Shown: positions 13,700 through 28,910 of the stretch, in pieces
Layout of the letters: each line of letters starts with the position of its first letter
Numbering within the stretch: the first letter of the stretch is position 1
Assembly (NCBI RefSeq): GCF_006345805.1
Contig: NC_043010.1
Coordinates: 18,166,001-18,230,000 of the forward strand
Source: Octopus sinensis
Lineage: Eukaryota
DNA length: 64,000 bases
Direction of reading: 5' to 3'
The notes under the pieces: model-generated
The model's input: only the letters and a program-made list of their open reading frames with translations
The model's database searches: none
Told to the model about the DNA's origin: nothing
Translations under genes and position numbers: made by a program

Positions 13700-14700
13700 A
13701 GGTGTAATTGTTCACACCAGGAAAACACTGCTGTTTGATAAACTTTTGATCTGGGTCAAACAAACAGACTCAGAAGTCTCCTTTGGTGGGAGCATTCAAC
13801 AGCGCAGATATTGGCAATCTCTAGGCTTCTTTATACTAGATACCTTTGGTAAAAATAATTCTTGGCCTGTATAGAGACACTGCTTTAGTTATCTCTAGAG
13901 GCATGACTGGGCACACTCTGGACAGGCTTAGGAAAGATCTGACCCACACTCTAAACTCCCTGGAGCTTTGGATTACTATTGGTTAATTTCATAGATATTT
14001 TGACACACTGGCCTTGTATTATGACGGGGCAGTGGCAGCTAGCAGATTCAAAGACTACATCACATAATGCTGCTAAAAACTCATCTGGGTTCCCTTCCTG
14101 TTTTCTCACTTGACATGAGAAGGGAGCAGAGGTGGATACTTATAGAGAAATATGCTGGGGCAATGGAGGGCTAAATAGTCATAGATCCTCTTTTAGAATC
14201 TAAGTGAGGTGCCATGTTACAATGCCAACCAAGTATATATGGTGATTAAAAGAGGAAGAAATGCTATACAAAATAAACTGGAAACTGCTGGAATGGCCGA
14301 GTCCATATCTAAACTGAAGTAGGTGTTGAAAGCTTTGTTTGGTGGAGAGGAGAATCACTCTAAAAAATTCACACAAGTGCTTTCGTGAACTTGAAAAGCA
14401 TACTATTCAGATGCAGCCCTCACAGGGAATGTCCATTTTTGGATGAGAGAATGACACACACCTACACACACAACTAACAGGATAACATCAGTTCATGGGA
14501 AATAACTCTTCTTTTTCTTCTGAAAAATGTTATTCTTTTCACTGTTTCATTCCATTTTCCTTTTAGCTTCTGAGCCGCCGCCCAGACTCTTTGCTTACCT
14601 CCAGTATAAAAGAGGAGGCTATGCACTTCCTCAGAGCACGTGTGAAACTGATGCTAACGTTCTGACCAGTTATATCTTATAATCAATAATCTACTACTCA
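13700..14700 (+). pseudogene. Decayed Penelope-like retroelement RT remnant
   Basis: GAFNSADIGNL..GFFILDT then LGLYRDTALVISRGMTGHTLDRLRKDL...ITI near 13790-13980, resembling the GLYRDDG PLE RT motif. TATAAAAG at ~14605 lies in the 3' part. Confidence 0.55.
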
Positions 14701-14704
14701 ATGG

Positions 14705-14709
14705 TGTAT

Positions 14710-14741
<32 letters not shown>

Positions 14742-14991
14742 TGCATATATATATATATATATAGACATGCATATATATATATATATATATACACGTATAT
14801 ATCTATATATGTGTATATATATATATGTGTGTCTATATATATATGTATATATATATATATGTGTATGTATATATATATATATGTGTATGTATATATATAT
14901 GTATATATATATATGTGTATGTATATATATATATGTATATATATATATGTATATATATATATGTATATATATATATGTGTATATATATATG

Positions 14992-15023
<32 letters not shown>

Positions 15024-15026
15024 CAT
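14705..15026. repeat. Compound (TA)n/(TATG)n microsatellite; similar arrays at 16630-17100, 20830-21310, 34391-34445, 38279-38340 and 57075-57245
   Basis: Directly visible. These arrays produce the spurious Y/I/C/V-rich ORFs in the track. Confidence 0.97.
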
Positions 15027-15222
15027 ACAGTAGAACCTTGGTTTTCGACCGACTCTGATCACAAATAAATTGTACTGTTATCTCCTGTCTTTCTCATATT
15101 CATTTAATACAGTAGAAACTCAGTTTACAAATGCCTCTGATCACAAATAAATCTTGCTTTTTATATATATAAAGCACATTTTATTCACGATTGGAATTGT
15201 TTGAAAACTGAGGTACTACTGT
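15027..15222. mobile_element. Tigger-like MITE ends (left end duplicated)
   Basis: TA-CAGTAGAACC/AACT at 15027 and ~15108; right end GAGGTACTACTG. Confidence 0.45.
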
Positions 15223-16740
15223 GTATACACACACACACTCACACACACGCATATACATACTTACATATAATGAGGGAGAGAAGAATGCTTACCTATGGCT
15301 TGTACGAAGATAATGTATGTTTTTTTATTCTATAACCTGTATACCATAACTTCTCTCTTCACCATACAATCATTGATCACTCATTGATCAGTATCTCTCA
15401 TCACTAAAGACCAACAAAGTAACTAATTTACTCATGCTTAACAAATATTTATCCCAGAAATTTAAACACACACACACACACACACATGCTTCCTTTATTT
15501 CTTGATTCTTTTCCTGGGGATTGAACCTAGATTCCTTATTAGAGTTACAGCTGATGTAGAGATGCTGGGGCTTCACTTATTTTTCTTATAACCTGTCTTA
15601 GTGTCCAGTTTTTGGTCCTTTATAGGAATAGCCAGCACCTACATCTCAGATGCTTTTAGTAACAGCATGACCATCACTCCTTCACTTCCTTCTAAAATAT
15701 TCATTTAATTTATTGACATTCCATTGCTTGATCTCAGCATTTTTTTTTGTGCCTCTCTTCTTTCATTGTTGCTGCTGTTGTTGTTATTGTTGTTGTTCTG
15801 TTTAAACACTTGAGGCTGCAGCTTACTACCAGCACCACTACACACTCATCCAAACTGTCGAAGTAGATCCAAATATTAACACCCCCCACCATCCTTTAAC
15901 GTCCATATAGTTGAGCTTAAATGGTCCCTTAGAAATTTCGTCTTTTTTCTTTTTTTACTTTTGCTGTAACACGTTATCCCTGCCAAATTTTCATTCCCCT
16001 CAATCATTGGCCCCTGCCAACTACTACTGTATGTTAACTCTCACCATAACCCCTTAACATGTGCTGTGTATTTTGGCCTGAAAGAAGAACCTTTTTGGGG
16101 TTGTTTGACCCTCTCTAGGTTATGATTCATGAAAGTCTGTCTGACAAAACAATAAACCACATCTTGCTCACTCCTCTCATTTTATATGTGTCTACACATA
16201 CACACATACACATATATGTGTGTGTATATATACACACACACACACACACATGCACATACATGCACATACATGCACACACACTCACACGCACACATGCACC
16301 ATCTATAAATAGTTCTCTGCATACACCTGTTTTCATGATACATATTTTGTCACAAATGAAGGTTGGTGTCATTAAAGGTTTAGTTCTCTTCATATTATTT
16401 TTGGTAAGATTCATGCCATAAGAATGAAAGAGGCCATATTTTTATCATTACAAGGATTCCTGTGTCTCAACCAATTCTACAAAACAATAATATATTGACT
16501 GTTTGAGCAATTTCCTTTCTATGAGGTCTGAGTCCTTCCATCTGGCTGCTTCTTAAATTCTGCATCAGAGTTGGAATTACTTTCATACCTTCTATTCTTT
16601 GTGACACTGCCTCAGAGACTCATTGTTTTATATGTATATATATACATATATGTGTGTGTATATATATATATATACACATATATATATATATGTATATAAA
16701 TGTATATGTATATATGTATCTATATATGTATATATACATA

Positions 16741-16773
<33 letters not shown>

Positions 16774-16961
16774 GTAATATATATATATATGTATATATAC
16801 ATATATATGTATATATACATATATATGTTATATATTATATATATATATATTATATATATATGTACATATATATGTATATATATATATATTATATATATAT
16901 CTATATTATATATATATGTATATATACATTATATGTATATATACATATATATGTATATATG

Positions 16962-16995
<34 letters not shown>

Positions 16996-17107
16996 TATGT
17001 ATATATACATATATATGTATATATCATATATATGTATATATATACATATATATGTATATATACATATATATGTATATATCATATATATGTATATATATTA
17101 TATATTA

Positions 17108-17290
17108 TCATCATCATCATTTAACGTCCGCCTTCCATGCTAGCATGGGTTGGACGGTTCAACTGGGGTCTGGGAAGCCAGCAGGCTGCACCAGGCCCAG
17201 TCTGATCTGGCAGTGTTTCTACAGCTGGATGCCCTTCCTAACGCCAACCACTCCGTGAGTGTAGTGGGTGCTTTTTCGTGCCACAGGCAC
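17108..17290 (-). mobile_element. Short RTE 3'-UTR-derived repeat (family C)
   Basis: Near-identical to 58112-58300, which is joined to RTE ORF2. Further copies near 11350, 30050, 41110, 60290, 62080, 62400 and 63810-63990. Confidence 0.85.
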
Positions 17291-18279
17291 ATATATATGT
17301 ATATATTTATGTATGTATATATATATGTATGTATATATATGTATATATTATAAAGGAAGTGGTATTTACTTTCATCTCTAATCACTCTCTTTAACTGCTG
17401 GTCATCATTTGGGGGTGGGACAAGATAAAGTAACTTGCAATAAACTCACAGTCGATGGAACTAACTACATCATCATCACCAGCACCAGCACCACCAGCAC
17501 ATCATCATCATCATTAATTACAGCAAGAATAAAGCAGTAGATTGTCTGACAGTATTTAGACTTGTGCTTCTACTTCTCTCTCTCTCTTCAAATCTCAATG
17601 ACTTCTCCACCATTTGCACATCGTCAGCCCTGACCCAGATTTCACAAACTAAGTACCAGGCATAAACTACTATGAAATCATTTTGTTCTTCTGCATTTCT
17701 TACAAAATTGTGGTAGTGTACCAGTAGTGAGGAAATATTGATTCTACTACAAAGGTGGAAAAATAGTCAAGGTGGTTCAACGTGGACTAAATGGTTCTTA
17801 AAGCTCTCTCCATTCTCAGACCAAATCATGTTAATCTTCGCTCTTACTCATTAAGTGGCCATTGTCATTCATAATGTTCCTGTTGTTAAGTTCCTCCAAA
17901 TTATGGTCACAAATAGACAGAGAGAGAAAGAGAGCGAGAGAGAAGGCTCTGGAAAATTCCTGTTACAAATTATACTGCTGACTGTTGGACATTGGATGCT
18001 GATGATGGTTTCGCTAATACATACATACATGTGTGTTTGTGTGTGGCTAAGTGGTTAGGGTGTTGGTCTCATGATTGAAAGATTGTGGTTTCGATTCCTG
18101 GATTGGGTGATGTTTTGTGTTCTTGAGCAAAAAGCTTCATATCATGTAGCTTTAGTTCATCCAGCTGACAGAAATGAGCTAACCCTATCAGGGACTGGCG
18201 TCCTGTCCAGTGGGGTAAATATACATGTGCCATGAAAACTGGCTTTATGAGGTTATATGACTTAAGAAGAAGCTTTATC

Positions 18280-18282
<3 letters not shown>

Positions 18283-18317
<35 letters not shown>

Positions 18318-18503
18318 AGCGCAGGCATAATATATATATATATATCTTTGTGTGTGTGTATGTCCAACCCATGCCAGCATGGAAAATGGATGTTCAACCA
18401 AGCTGATGGTGATGATATATATATATAAATATATATATATATAAGTATATATATATATATATATATATAAATATATAAATATATATATATATAAATATGT
18501 ATC

Positions 18504-18534
<31 letters not shown>

Positions 18535-19226
18535 TGATATATGACTGACTTATGCACATTCAAGACGTGTGTCTGTGTGTACACACAAAAACTTTCAGAT
18601 TCCTCCTTCAACTGATTTTGTTTCAATGTTTTTTGTTCCTGTCTCCAAAACAAACCACCTTGTTTCACTCTCACACCTTTGAGATGGTCACGAGGGGAGA
18701 GCCTTACATTTGCCGCACTGTTGTCTCTCTATCTTATTATTATATAGGGCCAGTTTCTCTTTTGCTGGGCAGGGTAGTTTTGGTCTTGATAAAATGTCTG
18801 ACTGCGGTTGAAGAGTCAATATTTTTATGTGTGAAGAGTACAGTTCTTTGTTCCTTCTTGCCCTGAAGGGTCCACACAGCAGCTGAAGGGTCACTCTGTA
18901 CATCATGTTGCATTCATGTGTTGTCACTTTTCCATGGTTGCATGGGTCAGGCGGCGGAATTTGTGGAGACAGACTTTCTACAGCCGTGGTGCCCTTCCTG
19001 TCATTAATCCTCACTGGTTTCCAGGCAATGTACTATTTCCTCATGGCCAGACATATTTTCATGGTAGACTGGAAATGTACAAAATTGCCTGTATGAGAGC
19101 AAAGCTCATTTACAACCATTACATAATGTCTAGTCAAAAGTACACATGCAGACACACACATACACACACTCCCACACACATACACACACACACACTCCCA
19201 CACATACATGTATGTATATAAGTACG

Positions 19227-19272
<46 letters not shown>

Positions 19273-20227
19273 ATATAATAAGCGCAGGCATAATATATAT
19301 ATATATATCTTTGTGTGTGTGTATGTCCAACCCATGCCAGCATGGAAAATGGATGTTCAACCAAGCTGATGGTGATGATATATATATATAAATATATATA
19401 TATATAAGTATATATATATATATATATATATATAAATATATAAATATATATATATATAAATATGTATCTATATATATATATATATGTATATATATATTGA
19501 TATATGACTGACTTATGCACATTCAAGACGTGTGTCTGTGTGTACACACAAAACTTTCAGATTCCTCCTTCAACTGATTTTGTTTCAATGTTTTTTGTTC
19601 CTGTCTCCAAAACAAACCACCTTGTTTCACTCTCACACCTTTGAGATGGTCACGAGGGGAGAGCCTTACATTTGCCGCACTGTTGTCTCTCTATCTTATT
19701 ATTATATAGGGCCAGTTTCTCTTTTGCTGGGCAGGGTAGTTTTGGTCTTGATAAAATGTCTGACTGCGGTTGAAGAGTCAATATTTTTATGTGTGAAGAG
19801 TACAGTTCTTTGTTCCTTCTTGCCCTGAAGGGTCCACACAGCAGCTGAAGGGTCACTCTGTACATCATGTTGCATTCATGTGTTGTCACTTTTCCATGGT
19901 TGCATGGGTCAGGCGGCGGAATTTGTGGAGACAGACTTTCTACAGCCGTGGTGCCCTTCCTGTCATTAATCCTCACTGGTTTCCAGGCAATGTACTATTT
20001 CCTCATGGCCAGACATATTTTCATGGTAGACTGGAAATGTACAAAATTGCCTGTATGAGAGCAAAGCTCATTTACAACCATTACATAATGTCTAGTCAAA
20101 AGTACACATGCAGACACACACATACACACACTCCCACACATACACACACACACACTCCCACACATACATGTATGTATATAAGTACGTATGTGTATATATA
20201 TATATATTATATATATATATATATATA
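18283..20227. repeat. Near-identical tandem duplication, period 962-963 bp
   Basis: Identical ORFs offset by 962 (18688/19650, 18905/19867). All three boundaries are (TA)n runs. Confidence 0.95.
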
Positions 20228-20231
20228 CACA

Positions 20232-20268
<37 letters not shown>

Positions 20269-20855
20269 ATATGATGATATGCACACACACACAAGTGTGC
20301 ATATGCACATGCATGCGTCTACTCACACGATGCACTCCTGTAGATGATACACGTTTTGATGGCATTCAGCAAAAAGTGGTTTTTAATTTTTTTTTCAATT
20401 ATAAAAAGCAAAAACAAAACCCGTGGAAGACATCAACCTGTCCACAACACAGCCTGTTAGGGGACATCAGCCTTCCAACCATCATCACAGCCTGTTAGGG
20501 GACACCAACCTGTCCGTTACCAACACAACCCAGTAAGCTGTTAATCCTGAAACCATGACAATTTATTTATTACATTTGTTGTTTTTATCTTGTTTGTTGT
20601 TTGTTGATATTTTGAAACGCATCCATCCATGAATTCATTCATCCATCCACATTGTGCATAAAATAATAATAATAATAATCATAATAATAATAATGATAAT
20701 GATAATAATGATGATGATGATGATGATCTATGTAAACTACTGGAAATAATTTAGAGAAGCATTCTTCTAGTGTTCCCACTCGTGCTGAACTTAGAGGAAA
20801 TTGTGTGTGTGTGCATATGTAAATGTGTGTATATAATTTAGATAGATATACATGC

Positions 20856-20912
<57 letters not shown>

Positions 20913-21257
20913 TATATTTATATACATATGCATACAAGTAGGCATATAAATTTTATATATACTTGTATATTTAATATACATATTTATATACATGCAAACA
21001 TCATCATCGTCATCATTGTTTGATGATAATGTTTGCATGTATATAAATATATGTACATAAGTACATATACACACGTATATACATATATGCACCTATAATA
21101 CACATATATATATATGTATACACAAAAATACATACACATTAATACATGTACATATGTACACACACACATGTGTACATACATATATTTACATTTAAATATA
21201 TATGTATTTATATACATATATATACACACATGTGTACATGTATGTATATATGCATAT

Positions 21258-21305
<48 letters not shown>

Positions 21306-21715
21306 TACACTCACACACACATCTATGTGTATGTGTGTTTGTATATTAATTTTTTTTTCTTTTCTCTAAACATTTTGACTTGGCCTTTCATCATTCCAGG
21401 ATTTGATAAAACACAATAAAACACAAAATATGATGTCATTTCTGACGTGCCAATACGAAAGCAAAGAGTTTTAAGAAAGAAATTATTATTATTGTTGTTA
21501 TTACTATTATTATAATTAAAAGAAGAAAACGGAAAAGGAATATCTGAGTATATTGTCTGATGCCATATCAACGAAATATGGTATGGCCGTGAAACAAAAT
21601 TTTTGTGTGAGATAAACAGGCTTAAAAGAATCAGATTGTTTTCAAAGACTGCAATGGCTTCTGATTCTTGGGAAAGCACCTCTATAAATATACATTCAAA
21701 TAAATAAATAAATAA

Positions 21716-21756
<41 letters not shown>

Positions 21757-22261
21757 TACATACACACACATATATATATATGAATTGTCATATTGTTACC
21801 ATTCATATTTGTATTAAGTGTTGATTATTACCCTAGTCAAAAACTGGCTCCTTGCTAATTATTTTAATTGACTGAATCTTAATTAATATTAAATCAATAC
21901 CCACAAGAATTTATATCATATTCCAAGGTTTGGTTATTTATTTACGGAATATGAATTAAATAGTTTTCTAATGTATTAATGTTTTCGTTAAGGAAACATT
22001 GCAACAAGAGAAAATGCAGGGATTGAGAAATTAAAAATTGGTGTGTGTGTGCATGCATGTGTGTGTGTGTGTGTGTATGTGTGTGTGTGTATATATATAT
22101 ATACACACACAAATATAAATTGCATACAGGTCACTCAGAGATTGTCTATTATTGAAAAAGAAACATTTATGTTGTTATTGTTAAATTATTATGGTTAAGA
22201 TGTTTAAATGTTTATTACAAAATTTTATCACCCTGCCAAACTCATGTAAAATATAGAGAAA

Positions 22262-22311
<50 letters not shown>

Positions 22312-23894
22312 TAATAATGATAATAATGATAATAGAGAGGGAAAATTTATTGATTGACCATGTTTTCAGTGAAGTGACTGAAAAAATAATTAACATGTAT
22401 GTGTCAAAATTCACACACACACACAATAATAATATTAGTGCTTTGTTAAAATGAATATTAAACACCATGTTCATGAAACTCTACAAATACAAAAGTTTCA
22501 TTTTCCTTTTGTGTTATTTTATTCTGCCCATATTTGTCTAATTTCTGTTAATTCTCCATCTCCTTGTTATTGTTGTTTAAAGAAACATTTACAGGTTGCA
22601 GTCAAATTGACTGGTAGAAAATATTAAGTTTTGTCTGTAGGAGACAGGACAGTCTTCCCTGAGAGAAACAACCACAGAATATCAGTTTATCAGAATAAAC
22701 TTCCCTGCATTGGATGATAATATTTATGCAAGGATAAGTACATTTACCTCCTGAATGTCAACTGCTTAATGCTCAGTAGAAATTATGCTTCAGTCGTATT
22801 GAGGGAAGGAACTTGCTACGTTTAAATGGCACTGAAGGTATTTATTGGAGGCAGGTGATGGAGGTCTGTTGGAGATCATAATCCTACATTTACATCCAGT
22901 CACTTTGCTGTTGCAGAAAGAATGTTTTTATCTGCAGTAATAGTTTAGCATGTTATCCAGGGGTGATGTTTGCTTCTTTTTCATCTAGTGCATAAAATAA
23001 AGAGTAGTTATTTATGGAGTTTCAATCTGAAGGGGGCTTCTGACTTTACTGACGAGATCTGTCCAAGGAATCATAATTATAAAATTCTGTTAATACTTTT
23101 TGTCTGTGAATAGATTCTCCTGCTATCATTGACATTCTTTTGTTTAAAATCTTCCAACAATTTAAACCTCTATACAAATGAGGTCAGTTGACTTAAAGAT
23201 ATGAAATGTTTGCTGTTTCCATTGCCAGCTTTAAGTTAAATTCAATTTACTTACCTACCATGAATGTCCTCAGACAATAACTTTGTGAAACCTTCCATCA
23301 TCATGTCTTTTAAAAATCGATAGGACTGATCAGTTATTGATGAATATCTTTGGTCAAACAACAGCTATTTCTAGAAAGTCTCTTGATCTGATGAAATATT
23401 GGACTAAACGACCTTCAGTATTTAATCTCCTCTGGCCAGCACCAGAGTTCAGCCCTTATTACAGTCGACTTTTTACCTTTTCATGGGTGTGGTCGTTTGA
23501 CAGGGTTCATATAACCAGTACCACTAATGTGCTGCTAGTTGATTCAATCAACTAAACATACCCCTTTCTTATATATTTTTTTCAAAAGGCCCTGAGCCTA
23601 ATCTAAACAAATTATTAAACAGTTACAAATGTAATATTTAAAAATATTTATAAAAATAACTAAAAATAATTATCTGTTTGCTTTCAGTGATAAAGTTTAT
23701 AAAATATTGTTTTTCACCCTCCTCCTTTTTACCTGTTGTATTCCCCCCCCACTTCTACTTGTTATTAAAGTCATATGATATGTGTTACCTGCTTCATTTA
23801 GATTCACATGATGCATTTCTTGTTAAAACTCTGTTAATTTATTTCTGACAAAAAGAAGAAAAAGTTTATATGCATACACATATTACTACATGTA

Positions 23895-23930
<36 letters not shown>

Positions 23931-26900
23931 CAACTGTATGTTTGTATGTATGCACACACATTTATTATTAGCTGAGAATACCATAGGAGTTACTTAAGGA
24001 CTTACTGTTTCATACCTTTGGTGTTTTGCCATGAAGCACTATGTTCTGACCAACTTCTCTAGTTTTCTCAGTTTAAAAACTTACATATACTCTGCTTCAT
24101 GTATTGAGTTCTCTTTTCCCATTTTGTAAAACCTAATGTACTTACGTTTGTGTCTAGAAGTGGCATAGCTGTGTTATTGTGACCACTTACTCCTGGGGTC
24201 TGTGTTTGTCCCCTGCTAAAAGCACTCTGCTTTTTACCGTCTTGAGGGTGGAACCTTGTAAATTCCATATTATTTCAGTAGAAAGGGTACCAAATTGTCT
24301 CTGAATCTTAACCAGTCATGAGGAGAGCTGCCTCCATTTGGAAAGGGGTCTCTCTCTCTCTCACTTTCTCCCTCCCATTGGGGATGGGGTTATCTTTCAT
24401 GCCACTCCCTCTAGTTGGGGGTGGGGCTATTTCTCAGTTTCTCCTTCCATTTGGGGTGGAGCTATTATTTCCTCTCCCTCCAGCTTACTGGCACAGAGGG
24501 TTACAAAGGTCTGCAAGGTAAGCTTTTGTACATGAAATAGCAGCCAAATCTCCCTCAAACCATACTGTAGTTGTAAAATTGAACACACTGGATAATGTGG
24601 TCTTACATCAGTTATGTGTAAAACAGGATAGTCAGGAGTGGAACCTTTTTGATCATAGGTCTGCTCCGTAAAGACTAGCCTGGGGTCAACTGAAATTACC
24701 TACTTTGGCTTGTAAAACTGTGTGTGTGTATGTGTGTGCAGGTATACGTTTGTGTGTATGTGTGAGAGAGAGAGAGAGAGCTTGCCAGTCATCAAACCCT
24801 TAGAGATCGTTTATGGTTCAGAAGAGAATATTTGTTGGGCAGTTTTTTCAATTTTTAATAATTTTTTTTTTTTAAACATTTCCCTGTTGTTACTGTACTG
24901 CATTTTTAAATACACTCAGCTGTTGTTGTTATTGTAGAGCTAAGGTTTCATAAATTTGAGGAAGGAGTGGATAAGGATCCTAGCCAAAGAGAGAAAAATT
25001 GAATATAAAAAATAAAAACAATGAAAATGTAATTTTTTATTTTGTTAATTTTTTTTTTAAAGACTTTAAAAAAAATTATATATATTTTCTTTAAATTTTT
25101 TGGAAATAAATCTCTCAAACCCAATTTATATTAATTTAAATTTGTTTTCTCAAAAAATTGGGGAGAGAAAGAACACAAAAATGTTAATCCTTTTTCCTTT
25201 ATATTTTTTCTTCAGAAAAAAAATTCTCTCAAGATGTAAAAGAAATCTTTATAACAATGTTACTGAAATATTGGTGTTGAATATATATATATATATGGTG
25301 CATGTGGATGTTATATAAAAACAAATGTATATATCTGTTTATATATACATATATTTGTGTATATACATACACACACACGTGTGTGTTTATTGGGATCATC
25401 TTTTTTTTTTTCAATGTATTAAATTGTCTTTTCTAGTTTTCTTTTTTGTTGAGGTTTTCTTGAAAACCCAAAAATTAAACTAGATCAGTTATAATTTTCA
25501 TAAAATACACACACACACAATACACACATATAGTTGCACATATGTGTGTATGTGTACATACATACACAAATGAACAGTTAATGTCTGGTTTTTACCTCTA
25601 AAAAGCAAATTTTCTCTTCATTTCTGGGGAAAATGAGAATCTAGTGTTGTGTGTGTGTGTGTAATAATTTTGGCAAAACTGAGTTCACTCAGGATTAGAT
25701 TCATGTCAGGACAAACACAAAGCCAAAGTTTATATTTAACGATTTAGTTACTTATTCAAATACACATGAACTATATGTGCATGTATGTATATATGATATA
25801 TTTATGTATGTATATATATATATACATATATATATATACACTCACACATTTATATATATGTATATACCTGTATTTATATGTGTGTATATATCTATATATA
25901 TATATATTCACGCATACAATTTTAAATGCTGGATTAAACTTAAATGTAGGGAGAATTTGAGAGAAAAATAAATCCGTAACATGTCATATACATACATATG
26001 TATATATATATATATTTATATATGTATATATATATATGATGGTGATAATAACACTACATATTTGTGTGATTAACTGGATTATAAGGCAGTTTGAATACTC
26101 GCTCCCACTTCACTCTTATTTATTATATTTTTTCCCCTCATCATCATAATAGTCATCATCATTATGGTTCATTGCAATGTTAAACAATGTAAAAGGGCCA
26201 CAATCTTGTGGTCCCTTTCCAGCTAAGGTTTCTTTCCCCACCTGCATTGCAGCTACTTTAAGTGTTATTGGGGTCTGGAAGAGACATAGATGTCACATAA
26301 GCAAAAAATGTGAGGCGGGGCAGCGTTTAAAATCATCCTTACGGAAATGGTCTGACACCTGACTGTTTCTCCCTTTTGAATGTGTGCTCGTTAGAAATCA
26401 TGAATATTAATGAAATGTCATCAGGTTGATGAGTTGGAAACAAATGAAATCAATCTAACTTGTTATACCAAGCAAATATAATAGTCCATGTTGATTAAAC
26501 TGTTCCCTTTATAGAATACCTTTGGGGGCCAGGGCCAACCTAAGGGATTATTATTATTATTATTGTTGGAGGATTGGCAGAATGCTAAAAGCATTTAATC
26601 TTTTGTTTGTTTCAGTCATTAGACTGTGGCCATGCTGGAGCGCTGCCTTGAATTTTAGTCTAACGAATCAGCCCTGGTACTATTTTTTTTTTCAAGCCTG
26701 GTACTTATTCTGTCAGTCTCTTTTGCTGAACCGCTAAGTTATGAGGGACATAAATACCCACATCAATTGTCAAGTGGTAGTAGTGGGGGGGGGGGGGAAC
26801 ACAGACATAAGAATATATATATATATATATACACGATGGGTTTCTTTTAGTTTCCATCTACCAAATCCACTCACAAGGCTTTGGTTGGCCCAAGATTATA

Positions 26901-28910
26901 GTATAAGACACTTGTCCAAGGTGCAATAAATTGGGTCTGAACCTGGAACCATGTAGTTAGGAAGCAAACTTCTAACCACAGCCAATGCATCTTGCATATT
27001 TGTTGAAATCTCACCCCAGTCAACTTTGCTTTTCGCCCTTCCAGGATCAATAAAATCAGGTACCAGTCACATACTGAGGTCAATTTCATCAACAAAGCTT
27101 CTCTTTTCAAAAATTGCTGTCCTTGTGGAAAGATAGAATCGTTGGTGTCTTTGGACAAAATGTTTTGCAGGATTTACCTGAAGCCCTTCACATTCAGAAT
27201 TCAAATCCTGCAACGATAAACTTTGCTTGTCTTCCCTCTTGGGTTGATAAAATAAAATACGGGGAGATGTTAGGGTTAATATGATTATCCACCACCCTAA
27301 ATTTCTAATGTTAGAAGTAACAATTATCTTTATTATTATTATTATTAATAAGTCATAGTGTGTGTGTGAGGTGGGGTATATAAACAAATGATTACTAGAT
27401 TGGCTATATTATTGTTACAAGTTCAATTCGCTGCTCTTCTGGGACTCTGGTGAGAGAGGAAACAAAAATGTTTCCCTTGGTCTAGAGGCCTGACAACACA
27501 GAGCGGTCAAGGGTGGTCAGATGGGAGTGTCTTTAAAATGGGAGATGGATTCACTTTACTGTTGTTATATTTCTTTGTTCAAAATTTAAATTCTGCTGAA
27601 GGCAACTTGGCTTATCTTTAAGTCTATAAAACTAGATACCAGTCATATTTTGAGGTCCAGGTTGTACTTCTTCCTCCTTCACTTCAATGTGGCTGAATGC
27701 TTTAATTTCATTCTCCTCCTGGAAACCGTAGAATAAGTACCAGTTATACATTGTGGTCACTTTATGTAACAATGTCCTCTGCTCTGCAACATTTGCGCCG
27801 AAGCTAGACATCATCACCATCATTATTCCCACTGCTAGGGCAGTGACAGAGCATCATACCAAATGTTTTATAGTATTTAGATTCACACTTGCACGTTCTG
27901 AGTTCAAATCCTGCCCACAGTATATAAAATTAAGAAACCAGTCAAGAACTGGGAAAAGGAAGCAATTAATGAATGGCCGTCACCAAGAAATCACCATGAT
28001 TATTATTATTATTATTATTATTATTGTTGTTGTTGTTTAAAGTGTGTGCTGTGATGTGACAGTTTGTTCTCAGTTATATTCCCAAACACATTTGAAAACC
28101 TTCTCTCATCGTCGCTTCCTTGAGAAAGGCATCTCCTTCACATTATCTTACACTCATCCCCAACACCCTTTCAAAAATATAAAACAAAACTAAAATTCCC
28201 CGGCCTCCAACCTCTGTATGTCATCGTTTATGATTATGATTATTATTATAAGAAAACTATTGTTGTTATTGTTGTTGCAGGTAACATAGTGTAGTAAAGC
28301 TAGACCTATGTTAGTTGCTTTCAATTCCTGACTGGATCTTCTTCACTTCACTAAATGTTACTAATACCATTGGGAAAGGTATGAATGCCACAACTCCCAC
28401 CTTCCCTCCCTTTGAAAAATAAAAAAAATTCACCTGCTTCATGCGTATGTAAGAATACATTACCATTATGATCATGATTATTATTGTTATTATTATTATA
28501 ATTATATTATTACTTCTATTACCATTGATTATTATTATTATTATTATGTTGTTCACCCAGAATATTCTAGAAAGATGTATTTAAGACTGTTTTGCTACCT
28601 GTTATCAGTTCAGAGTTCTGTTAATAAAATATATTTAAAAAAAATCTACAGCAATAAAGTTGTTTTTGTAATTATTTCATCAAATAATTTTGTTTTATTG
28701 TTTTTGCATTGTGCCAACCCCTCCTCTTACACAATCACAAATCCCTTTCATTTTAGCTTGCTAACCCAGTATAAAACTGAAGACCAACATTACAGGTGTC
28801 TGCTACACATGTATCTAGGGCAGTGCTGTTGCTATTATACACACACACAACGAACATCCATTTGTTTTGTGGCCTCTTAGAGTCCATTCTGTCAGCTTTT
28901 TTTTTATATA

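Noticed and set aside
14625-14655. Possible hammerhead (cctcagagcacgtgtgaaac) at the end of the PLE remnant
   Set aside because: The CUGANGA core and stem I cannot be formed.
18688-19014. 108-aa minus-strand ORF duplicated at 19650-19976
   Set aside because: No recognisable motif; its recurrence is explained by the tandem duplication.
20430-20515. CACAGCCTGTTAGGGGACA repeated twice, superficially CRISPR-like
   Set aside because: Only two units, eukaryotic context and no cas genes; a small local duplication.
14694-21349. Many Y/I/C/V/H-rich ORFs of 60-210 aa
   Set aside because: They are translations of (TA)n/(CA)n microsatellites, not genes.
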